NCBI GenBank assembly: GCA_044341565.1 | Contig: JBIIRM010000005.1 | Coordinates: forward strand, 882 to 64,881 | Reading direction: 5' to 3' | DNA length: 64,000 nucleotides | Source of the DNA: Minisyncoccia bacterium | GTDB taxonomy: Bacteria > Patescibacteriota > Minisyncoccia > SW-4-49-11 | Made by a program: the position numbers and the translations under genes | Part shown: piece by piece, positions 47,381 through 58,432 of the stretch | Position numbering within the stretch: the first letter of the stretch is position 1 | How the letters are laid out: each line of letters begins with the position of its first letter | The notes under the pieces: model-generated | Seen by the model: the letters and a program-made list of their open reading frames with translations, nothing else | What the model was told of the DNA's origin: nothing | The model's database searches: none

Positions 47381-47650
47381 ATGCCTATTACACAATCTGC
47401 TATTAAAGCACATCGACAATCTCTCAAGAAAAATGCTGAGAATAATATCGTAAAGAAAAGACTAAAAAACTCTGTAAAGGAGTTTATAGGATATCTTGCA
47501 ACCGATATTACAAAAGCTCAGGAATTTATGCCTAATGTTTATAAGGCAATTGATAAGACTGCTAAGCGAGGAATTTTGAAAAAGAATTCTGCAGCCCGCA
47601 AAAAATCACGTCTTATGACCAAGCTTAATCAAGCATTAGCTGCTAAATAA
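47381..47650 (+). CDS. rpsT: 30S ribosomal protein S20
   Basis: MPITQSAIKAHRQS...IDKTAKRGILKKNSAARKKSRL. Confidence 0.95.
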   Translation: MPITQSAIKAHRQSLKKNAENNIVKKRLKNSVKEFIGYLATDITKAQEFMPNVYKAIDKTAKRGILKKNSAARKKSRLMTKLNQALAAK

Positions 47651-47662
47651 GTCCCTAAACCT

Positions 47663-47696
47663 AAAAAAGCTCCCGGATTATTTGGGAGCTTTTTAG
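47663..47696. terminator. Bidirectional terminator
   Basis: aaaaaagctcccgga-tta-tttgggagcttttt. Confidence 0.8.
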
Positions 47697-47712
47697 GTTA
47701 TTTTAATTTATA

Positions 47713-48825
47713 TTATGGAGTAATACGCATTGGGATAGCTTCTCCAATAGGGTATTGTTGTATCACCCTTTGAGGTAAGGTTATCACTTCATTGAATGTA
47801 TACCCATAGGAAAATAGTATTGCTGGACCATTAATTGGCCTTAGTTTGCGATTACTAAACCCATATATTTGTGGTGAGTTATCTGCTTTTACTAAAACAC
47901 CTTCTGTGGGGAATCTTATTGATTTACCCATACTATTAAACCCTGTGTTTTCAGTAGGAATACTAGCAAGTTCAGTTGGGGTAACTGCTTTTACTTGCCC
48001 CCAAGATAATCCTAAACTCTCAAATATTTCTGGACTATATATTGGTAGTTTTTTATTATTTTCAGTTACCCATACTGTACCCTCTCCTGATATCAAAACA
48101 CCATCTCGAATAGTAACATCTCCTTTTTCACTTGGATTATATACGGGTGCTACAGGAAGAGATAAATCTACAGTTTCATTCCACTTGAATTGAGATTCAA
48201 ATATAAGGGGAGATGGAACATATCTTCGCTTATCATCATCTACTAAATACATTTTTCCGCTACCTGTTTTGATCACTACTCCATCTGGATAATTAGAGCT
48301 TGTGGTAACTGCTTCTCCGAGTGGATGGAGATTAAGTTCAGCATCAGATACCGGCCTTACATTTTCCCACTTAAATCCTAATCTCAAAAATGCTGCTGGG
48401 GATACTATAGGTCTTCTTAATCCATCTGATATAATATAAGCTCCACCCCTATTAGATAATAATGACCCATCTCTAAAGGTTAATACCGGACCATCTGGAA
48501 TAAAATCTACATCGGCTTGAGATGCTATTATTAATGCTCTCCAATCAAAATTTCGAGATTCAAATAAGGCCGGAGACTCTATAGCTCTTTTTTGAAATTC
48601 ATCTATATAATATACTTTTGGAGATTTATTTGATTTAATAATACTTCCATTAGGAAAAGCATTCCCCGCTCCCTGAGAATAGCTTGGGATAGTAATTGTT
48701 CCCTCCCCATTATTACAGACTGTAAACGCAGGACAGACTTGAACATCTGCATTACTATATGGGGTTAATGTAAAAAATATCCCGATAAACAGTGAGCTTA
48801 ATAATAATTCTTTTTTGAATTTCAT
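47713..48825 (-). CDS. Secreted repeat surface protein
   Basis: Signal peptide; about 5 repeats of G.(L/I)K....P.VY.I...KR.I.SP..F...G..W..V. Confidence 0.75.
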   Translation of the reverse strand: MKFKKELLLSSLFIGIFFTLTPYSNADVQVCPAFTVCNNGEGTITIPSYSQGAGNAFPNGSIIKSNKSPKVYYIDEFQKRAIESPALFESRNFDWRALIIASQADVDFIPDGPVLTFRDGSLLSNRGGAYIISDGLRRPIVSPAAFLRLGFKWENVRPVSDAELNLHPLGEAVTTSSNYPDGVVIKTGSGKMYLVDDDKRRYVPSPLIFESQFKWNETVDLSLPVAPVYNPSEKGDVTIRDGVLISGEGTVWVTENNKKLPIYSPEIFESLGLSWGQVKAVTPTELASIPTENTGFNSMGKSIRFPTEGVLVKADNSPQIYGFSNRKLRPINGPAILFSYGYTFNEVITLPQRVIQQYPIGEAIPMRITP

Positions 48826-48858
48826 ATTATTGTATTATATTTTATATACTTATATTAT

Positions 48859-48869
48859 CCCCCCCCCCC
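48859..48869. repeat. C11 homopolymer in the promoter region of the surface-protein gene
   Basis: tat-ccccccccccc-gatt, 33 nt upstream of the ATG at 48825. Confidence 0.85.
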
Positions 48870-48924
48870 GATTTTGTATAGACTAGTTATCCACAATTTA
48901 AATAGTTTTTATCATATATCTTAA

Positions 48925-49947
48925 CTACATATTCATTTGTAGGACAATCGATTTCAATTTTTCATAAGCATCCTTACCTTGAAATTTAATTTCATAATCC
49001 CCTTGTATTAGATTTAAATATATTTTTTTGAGGTCTTTAGAATTCCAAGATTGAATATTCTGAGCAGTTATTTTGAGTGCATAGGGATGTCCTTTTACAT
49101 AATCAATATATTGTTTTTGGCTTTCTTGAGACATTTTGATAATAAGTGCTGTCTTGATTTGGGATAATAATAGTCCATATACTTTTATCCCTTCTATACC
49201 TTGTTTTTGAAGAAAGTTTAATGTTGCAATATATTTGCCATAATTCCTTGCATATATTGATTCAGCTAAAGAAAATATACTATATGATTGCTCTTGAGGA
49301 AGTATTTTTTTAAGCATTTCAACCGTAATAAGCTTATTTTCATAGTAGTTATATAATGTATTTAAGAGCAATTCTATTGCATATAAATCTATTTGAAAGG
49401 CATTGGCTTTTGATTTTGACCTATTATCTGATTTTTCTTGAGCTAATGTATACTGCACTTTTTGATAAGAAATAAGATATATAATACCATCTCTTTTGAT
49501 ATCTATACCCTGCTCTAAACTCATTTGATGAATATAGGCTATTACTTTTGGTTCTGATAAAAAAGTATATTCCGTGTTTTTTGCTTTTACTTGATCTAGA
49601 GTTTTTGTTAGTGGATGCGTTTTGAGTATACTTACCGTATCATAAAATAATACAATAATATCGGCATTATCTTTGAGTATAGATAAACTTTTTTTGATTG
49701 TGGCATATAAGGCTTTAGGCAGGGAAGCTAATCCTTTAATAATCAGTAATCTTTTTTCAGTGAATAAAGAACTCGTATTGAGACTTTGTTTTAATCGAGA
49801 TAATATCATTTCCGGAGTTTCTGGTAATACAATTTCAGTAAAATCAAAGACTTCTTGTTTTGCCTGTTTCTGAATTCCTAATTCTTGTATAGAATAAAGT
49901 TTTTCTCTTGAACGATAGGTATCTGGTCCAGAAATTGATATAATCAC
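48925..49947 (-). CDS. holA: DNA polymerase III subunit delta
   Basis: ISGPDTYR, SSLFTEKRLLIIK, SIFSLAESI, HPYALK, DYEIK.G. Confidence 0.8.
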   Translation of the reverse strand: MIISISGPDTYRSREKLYSIQELGIQKQAKQEVFDFTEIVLPETPEMILSRLKQSLNTSSLFTEKRLLIIKGLASLPKALYATIKKSLSILKDNADIIVLFYDTVSILKTHPLTKTLDQVKAKNTEYTFLSEPKVIAYIHQMSLEQGIDIKRDGIIYLISYQKVQYTLAQEKSDNRSKSKANAFQIDLYAIELLLNTLYNYYENKLITVEMLKKILPQEQSYSIFSLAESIYARNYGKYIATLNFLQKQGIEGIKVYGLLLSQIKTALIIKMSQESQKQYIDYVKGHPYALKITAQNIQSWNSKDLKKIYLNLIQGDYEIKFQGKDAYEKLKSIVLQMNM

Positions 49948-49966
49948 GATTGTCGCAAGCTAATCA

Positions 49967-51103
49967 CTAATTAAGCTCCCATTTCAAACTTTGATTTGGT
50001 TCGAGAACTTGAATAAAAGTTGATCCCGGAACAAGTGCAATTTCTTCCCCTGCTTCATTATAGAATCTCAAAGTTTCTTTGAAGCCATCTTTTTTCCAAG
50101 TGATAGTCTTTTCTTGACCATTTTGATATATTTTTCCCTCTCCTTTACCATAAAGACTAACCTCATTATATTGTCCCTCAATTTGTCGAGACTCTGCTCT
50201 GATAACAACAATGTTTTTAGGGGTAATATCTGCATTATTATTCCCCCTATCAGTATCTTTTTGTCCAGCCCAATATCGAGTATAACTATTAGTATCTTTA
50301 TTATATTGCCAACGAGTTGCGAATACTCCTCCAAACCCTACATATAAAGTTCCATTTTTTGCATTTGCTTTTTCAGAGTCAATATTTTGATTACTTTGAA
50401 AATTATATCCCTCAAAGTCAGTAGTAAGAGAATAACCTCGAGATTTTGCTAAATCTAGAACTTTTGGTAAGGAAGCAAATCCATTATGAGGGGCTGGGGC
50501 TGTGCTTTTACGGAAAAATGGTCCACTTGATGACATCGCATCAATATCTGATATTTTTCCTAAATCTTCACCAGAATATCTCTTCCCGGTTTTGAGCTCA
50601 TCAAGAGCAAAATGTGATCCTCCCCAATGCACATAAATAGCATCCCAACCTCTAACCAAACTAATATAATCATGTCTAGCACTGCGAATTGAACCAACTT
50701 CTTGTGGTAAATTACATACAAAAACCCCCATTAATCTTGTTACACTACCAGTTATTACAGGCATTTCTACCACAATATCTGCCTGACTAAGACCAGATAA
50801 TGGCCTTGCTACAGCGTCTCCCGCCATCATTACAGCCACAGGTCTTTGTTTATAATTATCACATTGAATACCACTCAGTGGACTCGCATTTGCAATTTTC
50901 TCTTCACTTGGTTTTAATATATTTCCTGCCTCATCAGTTTTTTGATCTTGTGTACCAGCAACTATATCAGAAGAAGTTTCTGCGCTACGTGTAAAGGCAT
51001 ATATTCCTATACCAAAAACTCCCACTATTAGAATTAGAATTCCATATACCGTATATTTTTGTTTGGTAGTTAATGTATTCCAACGCTTAAGAAAAGTTTT
51101 CAT
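49967..51103 (-). CDS. DUF3048-family membrane-anchored protein
   Basis: RPVAVM, ARPLSGLSQADIVVE, GSIRSAR, HWGGS, APHN. Confidence 0.85.
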   Translation of the reverse strand: MKTFLKRWNTLTTKQKYTVYGILILIVGVFGIGIYAFTRSAETSSDIVAGTQDQKTDEAGNILKPSEEKIANASPLSGIQCDNYKQRPVAVMMAGDAVARPLSGLSQADIVVEMPVITGSVTRLMGVFVCNLPQEVGSIRSARHDYISLVRGWDAIYVHWGGSHFALDELKTGKRYSGEDLGKISDIDAMSSSGPFFRKSTAPAPHNGFASLPKVLDLAKSRGYSLTTDFEGYNFQSNQNIDSEKANAKNGTLYVGFGGVFATRWQYNKDTNSYTRYWAGQKDTDRGNNNADITPKNIVVIRAESRQIEGQYNEVSLYGKGEGKIYQNGQEKTITWKKDGFKETLRFYNEAGEEIALVPGSTFIQVLEPNQSLKWELN

Positions 51104-51104
51104 A

Positions 51105-51485
51105 TTATTGTAATAATTGATTAATCTTTGCTACTATTTCAGTGGGGGAATAATGTGCCTTAATAACATAGTCGATTGCACCCAATTTTAAAGCTTTGGT
51201 AATATAATTTTGTTCATTAAGATTACTCATTATTACAATTTTAGAATTAATAGTATCTGGCTTTTTTTTCTTATATTCTTCTAATACTTCAAAGCCCGTC
51301 TTGATCGGAAGCATAATATCCAAAAGCACAATATCATATTCTTGAGCTAATAATTTTTTAAGCCCCTCTTCACCATTTGAAGCCTCGGTTACCTGATATT
51401 TGGAATCACGTAATTTGATACCAACTAATTCTTTGAGGAAAATATCATCCTCTACGAGTAATACTGTTCTCTTATTTTCTGCCAT
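51105..51485 (-). CDS. Single-domain response regulator
   Basis: LLVEDD, LLDIMLP..TGFEVL, GAIDYVIK. Confidence 0.92.
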   Translation of the reverse strand: MAENKRTVLLVEDDIFLKELVGIKLRDSKYQVTEASNGEEGLKKLLAQEYDIVLLDIMLPIKTGFEVLEEYKKKKPDTINSKIVIMSNLNEQNYITKALKLGAIDYVIKAHYSPTEIVAKINQLLQ

Positions 51486-51589
51486 ATTAATTTATTATAG
51501 ATTAACTTTATTATATCATATATATTTCATTTGGTGAATATATTTTTATGAACATTGCTATCATAATATTTAATGCTATACTAATAGGT

Positions 51590-53623
51590 ATGAAGTTTAA
51601 AATTTCCTCACATTATGAGCCGAAAGGTGATCAACCTCAAGCTATCGACAAATTAAGTCGAGGGCTAGCTGAAGGGCGAGCACATCAAACCTTGCTAGGA
51701 GTAACTGGTTCAGGAAAAACCTTTACTATGGCTCATTTGATTGAAAAAAATCAAAAACCAACTTTAATTATTTCTCATAATAAAACTCTCGCGGCTCAAT
51801 TATATCAAGAATTTCGTGATTTTTTCCCAGAAAATAATGTCCATTACTTTGTATCCTATTATGATTATTATCAACCTGAAAGTTATCTTCCCTCTTCTGA
51901 CACCTATATTGAAAAGGAGTCTATGACCAATGATCAGGTAGAGCGCTTACGGCATGCAGCTACGCAAAGCCTATTATCTAATCCTGATACTATTATTATT
52001 TCCTCCGTATCTTGTATTTATGGTATTGGGTCACCTGAAGATTATGGGAATTTATCGGTAATTATTGAGATAGGCCAAAAAATTCAAAGAGATGATTTTA
52101 TTCGCTCTTTGATTAGTATTCAATATAGCCGTAATGATATTGATTTTAAGCCGGGATGTTTTCGTATTAAGGGAGATGTAATAGAAATTCATGAGCCCGG
52201 AGAAAAGCGTTTAGTAAAAATTAGCTTTTGGGGAGATACTATTGAAACCATTTCATATAATGAATATCAGGATAGTATTTTAGAACAACTTCCCGCCAAA
52301 TATCTCGATAGCTATCGAATATTCCCCGCTACTCATTGGATTTCAACCCGAGCTAAAGTAGATAATATGATTCCTCTTATTAAGGAAGAGATGGCTACAA
52401 GAGTAGATTTTTTTAAAAAGCACAATAAATTAGTAGAGGCTCAGCGTATCGAAGAGAGGGTTAATTATGATGCAGAAATGTTATCTGAGGTCGGTTTCAC
52501 TAAAGGAATTGAGAATTATTCTCGCTATTTAACTGGTAGGGCCCCCGGAGAACCTCCTTATACACTTATTGATTATTTTCTTGAATCAGATAGTGAATTT
52601 CTTACCCTCGTTGATGAGTCTCATATTACCCTACCTCAAATTAGAGGTATGCATAATGGGGACGCTGCTCGCAAAAAAAACCTGATTGATTTTGGGTTTA
52701 GATTACCTTCTGCGGCGGACAATAGGCCTTTAAAATTTTATGAATTTGAGTCTAAAATACCTCGTATTGTGTATGTGTCAGCAACTCCTGGAGAATATGA
52801 GCTCGCTCATTCTACTCATGATATTGTACATTCTATTATTGAGTTACAACAATATAAAGAAAGTCCCGATGGTATTGCAGAACAAATTATTCGCCCTACC
52901 GGACTTTTAGAACCCATTATTGAAATTAGGCCTACAGATAATCAAATTCAAGATATTATTACAGAAATCGGTACTATTATTGCTAAAGATGAGAGAGTAT
53001 TAATATTAACTCTTACTAAAAGAATGGCTGAGGATATCACCGATTATCTCAAAGAACGTGGTATTAAAACTGAATATTTGCATTCTGATATTGATACCCT
53101 AGATAGACCTGAAATTCTTACCAAATTACGCCAAGGGGAATTTGATGTTTTAGTTGGTATTAATTTACTTCGAGAAGGTTTAGATTTACCCGAAGTATCC
53201 CTAGTTGCTATTCTGGATGCAGATAAAGAAGGGTTCTTGCGTAATGAAACCTCTCTTATTCAAACTATTGGAAGAGCCGCCCGACATCAAAATGGTAAAG
53301 TTATTCTATATGCTAATAAAATAACCAGATCTATTGAGAGAGCTATTGCTGAGACAAATCGCCGTCGAGATATTCAAGAAGCTTATAATACTGAGCACGG
53401 TATTACTCCTCAAGGTATTAAAAAAGATATTCGCTCCAGTATTATAAAAGATAAGAAAAAAGAATTATTGGAGCAAAAAATCTCTTCTCTTGACATATCT
53501 GAGCGAGAATTTATGATAGAAGAATTAACAAAGCAAATGAATATTGCAGCTCAAGCATTAGATTTTGAAAAGGCAAAAGATTTACGAGATGAAATAGCTC
53601 TCATTAAAGATTTACAGGAATAA
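51590..53623 (+). CDS. uvrB: Excinuclease ABC subunit B
   Basis: GVTGSGKT, YYDYYQPE, DESH, INLLREGLDLPEV, C-terminal UVR domain; likely start MKFKIS. Confidence 0.97.
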   Translation: MKFKISSHYEPKGDQPQAIDKLSRGLAEGRAHQTLLGVTGSGKTFTMAHLIEKNQKPTLIISHNKTLAAQLYQEFRDFFPENNVHYFVSYYDYYQPESYLPSSDTYIEKESMTNDQVERLRHAATQSLLSNPDTIIISSVSCIYGIGSPEDYGNLSVIIEIGQKIQRDDFIRSLISIQYSRNDIDFKPGCFRIKGDVIEIHEPGEKRLVKISFWGDTIETISYNEYQDSILEQLPAKYLDSYRIFPATHWISTRAKVDNMIPLIKEEMATRVDFFKKHNKLVEAQRIEERVNYDAEMLSEVGFTKGIENYSRYLTGRAPGEPPYTLIDYFLESDSEFLTLVDESHITLPQIRGMHNGDAARKKNLIDFGFRLPSAADNRPLKFYEFESKIPRIVYVSATPGEYELAHSTHDIVHSIIELQQYKESPDGIAEQIIRPTGLLEPIIEIRPTDNQIQDIITEIGTIIAKDERVLILTLTKRMAEDITDYLKERGIKTEYLHSDIDTLDRPEILTKLRQGEFDVLVGINLLREGLDLPEVSLVAILDADKEGFLRNETSLIQTIGRAARHQNGKVILYANKITRSIERAIAETNRRRDIQEAYNTEHGITPQGIKKDIRSSIIKDKKKELLEQKISSLDISEREFMIEELTKQMNIAAQALDFEKAKDLRDEIALIKDLQE

Positions 53624-54754
53624 ACTTAGTATTCCAAAGCTAAAGACCATAATCATACCAATACCTATCCATTTTAAATGTCCCAGGCTATAAGCTGGAT
53701 TAATCTTGCCCACAACTTTTGATCGCCAAAACATTAATACAATTAAAATAGATATTATACTAATTCCTATTCCACCCGCATAGCGAATAATAGTATCAAA
53801 TTCAGCCCAATCTAAGGTAATTATAGCAATAGGAGGTATTACCGTAATAATAGTGGCACTTAATTTTGATATATTTCCAAAAGAAATATAAGAATCTATT
53901 AAAGCAATTCCCATGGTAATAAATGAGGTTATCATGGCTAAAAGTGCAAACACAGTAATAATACCGAGTACCTGTGGTCCCATTTTTTCTCCAAGAGCTA
54001 TAGTGGCGACTTTGGTAATATCTGATCCTGCCACACCTATTACCAATGTGGCAAATATACTATAGACTAAAATTGGTATCAATACCCCGAGTTGTATAGC
54101 TGATTTCATTTGCGCTCTTTGTTTTCCTAATATTTTTTTAACTTGGGGAATAGTAATAAGTCCAAAATATGAGAAGATAATAATTCCATATGGAGCAATG
54201 GTATCAGAAAATGAGGTGATTGGCTGAATAGTAAATTGGCTCCAATCAATACTCTGAGTATATAGAGCTTTTAACCATATAGTGATTACAATAAGGAGCA
54301 TACCTATACCGAATACCAATTCCCATTTACTCACTACTTTTAATCCCTTTATAATCAAATAACTTCCAATGCTAAAAAATATAATTGACCAAGCAAAAGA
54401 ATTCGCTGGAATAATAGCATTAACTATATCTCCTGCAGCTCTGATATAGGCTGTCATAGCTCCATATATTACAATCATTGTTGAAGCTAAGGCTAACAAA
54501 TAGCCCCTTTTACCAAGATATTTTTTGATAAGCTCTGGTACTTGTACAATTCCTTTTGTCCTCAAACTCACTTCACCAAGCATCAAATGTAATATCATCA
54601 TGACAACTCCCAATATCACCAAATATAATATTCCTGGCCAATATCCGGCATAATAAATAGTATAGGGAATGGCAAGTGTCCCGGCTCCAATAATAGTGCC
54701 TGATAATATAGCTACAGCTCTAATAAACTGATATTCTTTTATATTTTTTGTCAT
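53612..54754 (-). CDS. Amino-acid permease (aromatic amino acid/HAAAP-like)
   Basis: GTIIGAGTLAIP TM1 motif; about 11 TM. Confidence 0.85.
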   Translation of the reverse strand: MTKNIKEYQFIRAVAILSGTIIGAGTLAIPYTIYYAGYWPGILYLVILGVVMMILHLMLGEVSLRTKGIVQVPELIKKYLGKRGYLLALASTMIVIYGAMTAYIRAAGDIVNAIIPANSFAWSIIFFSIGSYLIIKGLKVVSKWELVFGIGMLLIVITIWLKALYTQSIDWSQFTIQPITSFSDTIAPYGIIIFSYFGLITIPQVKKILGKQRAQMKSAIQLGVLIPILVYSIFATLVIGVAGSDITKVATIALGEKMGPQVLGIITVFALLAMITSFITMGIALIDSYISFGNISKLSATIITVIPPIAIITLDWAEFDTIIRYAGGIGISIISILIVLMFWRSKVVGKINPAYSLGHLKWIGIGMIMVFSFGILSLFL

Positions 54755-54903
54755 TATATTTTATTTATCTTATCTCCAGTATACCACATTACATAAAATG
54801 ACAATATATTAATCCCGCTCTTTTTTATTACATATAGTACTAATGTATACGTCTCCATTAGCTTATTTTATGATATACTATACATACTAAGAAAATTTCC
54901 GCT

Positions 54904-57900
54904 ATGCAAGAATTTGTCCATCTTAATACTCGCTCTCATTACAGCATACTCGAGGCCATTGGTTCCATTGATGCTATTATTGCAAGGGCTCAATTATTAA
55001 AGTTTGATACCATAACCCTTGCCGATAAGGATAATATGTTTGGGGCTATTGAGTTTTATGAAAAAGCAAAAAAAGCTAATATAAAACCAATATTAGGAAT
55101 ATGTCTATCTGTTGGAAGCTTTGATGCAGGAGATAATAAAAGCTATTCCTTAACCCTACTTGCTAAATCCTATCCTGGATATATGAATTTGATTGAGCTT
55201 GCCTCTCTGGTTCGACTTAATGCTCATAAATATGTTTCTTTTGAAGAATTATCCCAATATTCTGATGGTATTATTTGTCTTACTGGTAATTATACAGGGG
55301 AAATTGCCTCTTATCTTATTCATACTCCTTCCAAAGTTTCAGCTTGGATAAAATCTTATAAAGATATTTTTAAAGAAAACCTTTATTTTGAAGTTTTACC
55401 ACTTATCAATACCCCTGACCAATTAAAAGCAAATACCCTATTAACTAAGCTCGGGGTATCTGCTCAAATTCCTCTTGTTCTGACAGCTCAAAGTATGTAT
55501 CTCACTTCTGAGCAAAAAACAGCTCACGATATTATGCTTGCCATTAAGTATAAAACAAATATTCAAAATCCTGATCGTATTAGCTTTGCCTATGAAGATT
55601 ATTCTCTCAAATCAGCCAAGGAAATATATACTTTAGCTCAAGAACTTAATATTCCAGAAGAGGCTATCCTTAATACCAGAACTATTGCTGATGCTTGTAA
55701 TGTAGAAATTCCTCTGTATCAAATTCAACTTCCTGCCTTTGAAGTGCCCCCACTTGAGTCAGGAGAAAAATTGTCAAATGAAAATTATCTTCGGTATCTT
55801 TGTGAAGATGGAATAGTAAAACGCTATCCAGGCAAAGATCAAAAACCTATACGAGAACGCCTCGAATATGAGTTTGATGTTATCAAAACTGCTGGATATA
55901 TTGACTATTTTCTTATTGTATCTGATTTTATTAATTGGGCTAAAAATAATAGCATATTAGTAGGACCGGGTAGAGGTTCTGCGGCTGGAAGTTTGGTTGC
56001 TTATTTACTTGCTATAACCGATCTTGATCCTCTAGAATATCAGCTTTTGTTTGAGCGATTTTTGAATCCTGCCCGTGTATCTATGCCCGATATTGATATT
56101 GATTTTCAGGACAATAAGAGAGAATTAGTATTACAATATGTAGCTCAAAAATATGGTCAAGATCATGTGGCTCAAATTTGTACTTTTGGAACTATGGCAG
56201 CCAAAGCCGCGATTCGAGATACAGGGAGGGCTCTCGGGTATTCTTATGGATTATGTGATTCTATTGCAAAGCTTATCGAACAAAAAACTATTGCTAAATC
56301 TATAGCTAATTCTCGAGAACTCAAAGCTCGCTATGAGCAAGAAGAAAAAGTAACAACTCTTATTGATGCTGCTCAAGAATTAGAAGGGTCGGTGAGGCAC
56401 ACTTCCACACATGCTTGTGCTGTGGTGATATCTCCCAAAAAACTAACATCCTATACTCCCCTACAAATTTCTGAATCTGGAGGAAAAACGTCTATTACTA
56501 CTCAATATGAAATGCATGCGATTGAAGATTTAGGGCTTCTTAAAATGGATTTTTTGGGATTATCTAATCTCTCCACTATTGAATCTACTCTTGAGTTAAT
56601 ACAGTCTCAGACAGGAACTATTATTGATATCAATAATCTTCCTATCAAGGATGCGTTAACCTATAAATTATTCCAAAAAGGACAAACCACTGGGGTATTC
56701 CAATTCGAATCTCAGGGAATGAAAAAAGCTCTTATTGGATTAAAACCATCAGACTTTAATGATCTTATTGCTATGGTTTCCCTGTATAGACCGGGTCCTA
56801 TGGAGCTTATACCAACTTATATAGCTCGTAAACATGGTAAGGAGGAGGTTTCTTATTTACACCCTAATCTGGAGCCTATTTTGAAACCAACTTATGGAAT
56901 TATGATTTACCAAGAGCAGCTGATGCAAGCATCTCAAGCGGTAGCAGGATTTTCGCTACCAGAAGCCGATACTTTACGTAAAGCTGTGGGGAAAAAGATT
57001 AAAGAGTTAATGGATGAACAAAAAACTAATATTATTGAAGGTACTGTTAAACAAGGTATAGAGAGACAAGTTGGAGAAAAATTATGGGAATTAATTGAGC
57101 CTTTTGGAGATTATGGATTCAATAAATCGCATGCCGCTTGTTATGCTTTTATCGCCTATCAGACAGCCTATCTCAAAGCACATTATCCTCTACAATTTAT
57201 GGTAGCTCTCCTCAATAGTGATGCCAAGGATATGACGCGTATCGCTATTGATATTACAGAATCTCGACAATTAGGTCTCAAGATTCAAGCTCCTCATATC
57301 AACAAGAGTAGTGCTCAATTTTCTGGCAGTGATTCTACAATTTTCTATGGTCTTGCGAGTATCAAGAATATGAGTTCCCATTTAGCAGAATATATTGAGC
57401 AAGAGCGAATAAATAATGGTCCCTTTAGCTCTTTAGAGAATTTTTTCAAAAGAATACCTGCAAAAGAATTGAATAAGAAAAATTTAGAAGCCTTAATCAA
57501 AGGGGGAGCTTTAGATGAATTAGAGAAAAGACATACACTTATCACAAATATCGATACTATTAGTGTATATATCAAAAAACTTTCTGATATTAATACCATA
57601 GTCCCAACCAATTCTTTATTTGGAAATACTGCCCCTACTGCACCTGTATTGGATTTAGTAGATAGCCCGATTTCTCCAACAGAACAATTAAATCAAATTT
57701 TAGAATTAGAAAATCATTATCTTGGCTTATGGATTTCAGCTCATCCAATCGATGAGTATAAAACAATTATAGAAGATTTAGCATTTCCAAGTATAAAAGA
57801 GCTCAAAGAATCTAAAAGAAAAACGGGGATGATTTTAGCTGGTATCATCAAAGAGAATAAAATTATTATGACTAAAAGTGGCTCCAAAATGGCATTTGTA

Positions 57901-58425
57901 ACATTAGAAGATTATAATGATAGTATTGAGGCTATTATATTTCCAAGTATTTATGGACCTATATCTGATGCTATTGTCCCCGGTAAAGGTTTTGCTCTCA
58001 AAGGAAAGCGCCAAGATAAAGATGGAAGTTCTCAATTTATTGTATCAGAAGTCAAATCTCTCTCTGATACTGATATAAATACTTGGATTACCACAAAAGA
58101 AAAGAGAGATAATGGTAATTCGGTTGAGGATATTGGAGCTAGTATACCTGAGCCTGATGAGAGTATACCAAATACTATCCCCACAACTCCTGAAGGACAG
58201 GAAATTGTAGGTGTTAATATTATTATCCCCCCACACACCTCTAAAGATTCCTTGGAAAAAGTAAGAGATATATTAAATCGAGAGCCTCGAGGTAATTGTC
58301 CGGTATATCTAGTTGCTAATTATAATACCCCAAATGTACAAATAAAATCCACTAATTTTGTAATTCAATATTCCGAAGAACTTATCTCTAGAATAAAATA
58401 TATTCTCAATAATCAAGAAGATTAA
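54904..58425 (+). CDS. dnaE: DNA polymerase III alpha subunit
   Basis: PHP domain, GPGRGSAAGSLVAY, MPDIDIDF, YGFNKSHAACY, OB fold. Confidence 0.97.
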   Translation: MQEFVHLNTRSHYSILEAIGSIDAIIARAQLLKFDTITLADKDNMFGAIEFYEKAKKANIKPILGICLSVGSFDAGDNKSYSLTLLAKSYPGYMNLIELASLVRLNAHKYVSFEELSQYSDGIICLTGNYTGEIASYLIHTPSKVSAWIKSYKDIFKENLYFEVLPLINTPDQLKANTLLTKLGVSAQIPLVLTAQSMYLTSEQKTAHDIMLAIKYKTNIQNPDRISFAYEDYSLKSAKEIYTLAQELNIPEEAILNTRTIADACNVEIPLYQIQLPAFEVPPLESGEKLSNENYLRYLCEDGIVKRYPGKDQKPIRERLEYEFDVIKTAGYIDYFLIVSDFINWAKNNSILVGPGRGSAAGSLVAYLLAITDLDPLEYQLLFERFLNPARVSMPDIDIDFQDNKRELVLQYVAQKYGQDHVAQICTFGTMAAKAAIRDTGRALGYSYGLCDSIAKLIEQKTIAKSIANSRELKARYEQEEKVTTLIDAAQELEGSVRHTSTHACAVVISPKKLTSYTPLQISESGGKTSITTQYEMHAIEDLGLLKMDFLGLSNLSTIESTLELIQSQTGTIIDINNLPIKDALTYKLFQKGQTTGVFQFESQGMKKALIGLKPSDFNDLIAMVSLYRPGPMELIPTYIARKHGKEEVSYLHPNLEPILKPTYGIMIYQEQLMQASQAVAGFSLPEADTLRKAVGKKIKELMDEQKTNIIEGTVKQGIERQVGEKLWELIEPFGDYGFNKSHAACYAFIAYQTAYLKAHYPLQFMVALLNSDAKDMTRIAIDITESRQLGLKIQAPHINKSSAQFSGSDSTIFYGLASIKNMSSHLAEYIEQERINNGPFSSLENFFKRIPAKELNKKNLEALIKGGALDELEKRHTLITNIDTISVYIKKLSDINTIVPTNSLFGNTAPTAPVLDLVDSPISPTEQLNQILELENHYLGLWISAHPIDEYKTIIEDLAFPSIKELKESKRKTGMILAGIIKENKIIMTKSGSKMAFVTLEDYNDSIEAIIFPSIYGPISDAIVPGKGFALKGKRQDKDGSSQFIVSEVKSLSDTDINTWITTKEKRDNGNSVEDIGASIPEPDESIPNTIPTTPEGQEIVGVNIIIPPHTSKDSLEKVRDILNREPRGNCPVYLVANYNTPNVQIKSTNFVIQYSEELISRIKYILNNQED

Positions 58426-58432
58426 TATCCCC

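Noticed and set aside
48880-48900. Replication origin
   Set aside because: Only a single DnaA box, with no cluster and no dnaA/dnaN nearby.
54904-58425. Intein in dnaE
   Set aside because: Length is typical and I saw no intein splice-junction or LAGLIDADG motifs.
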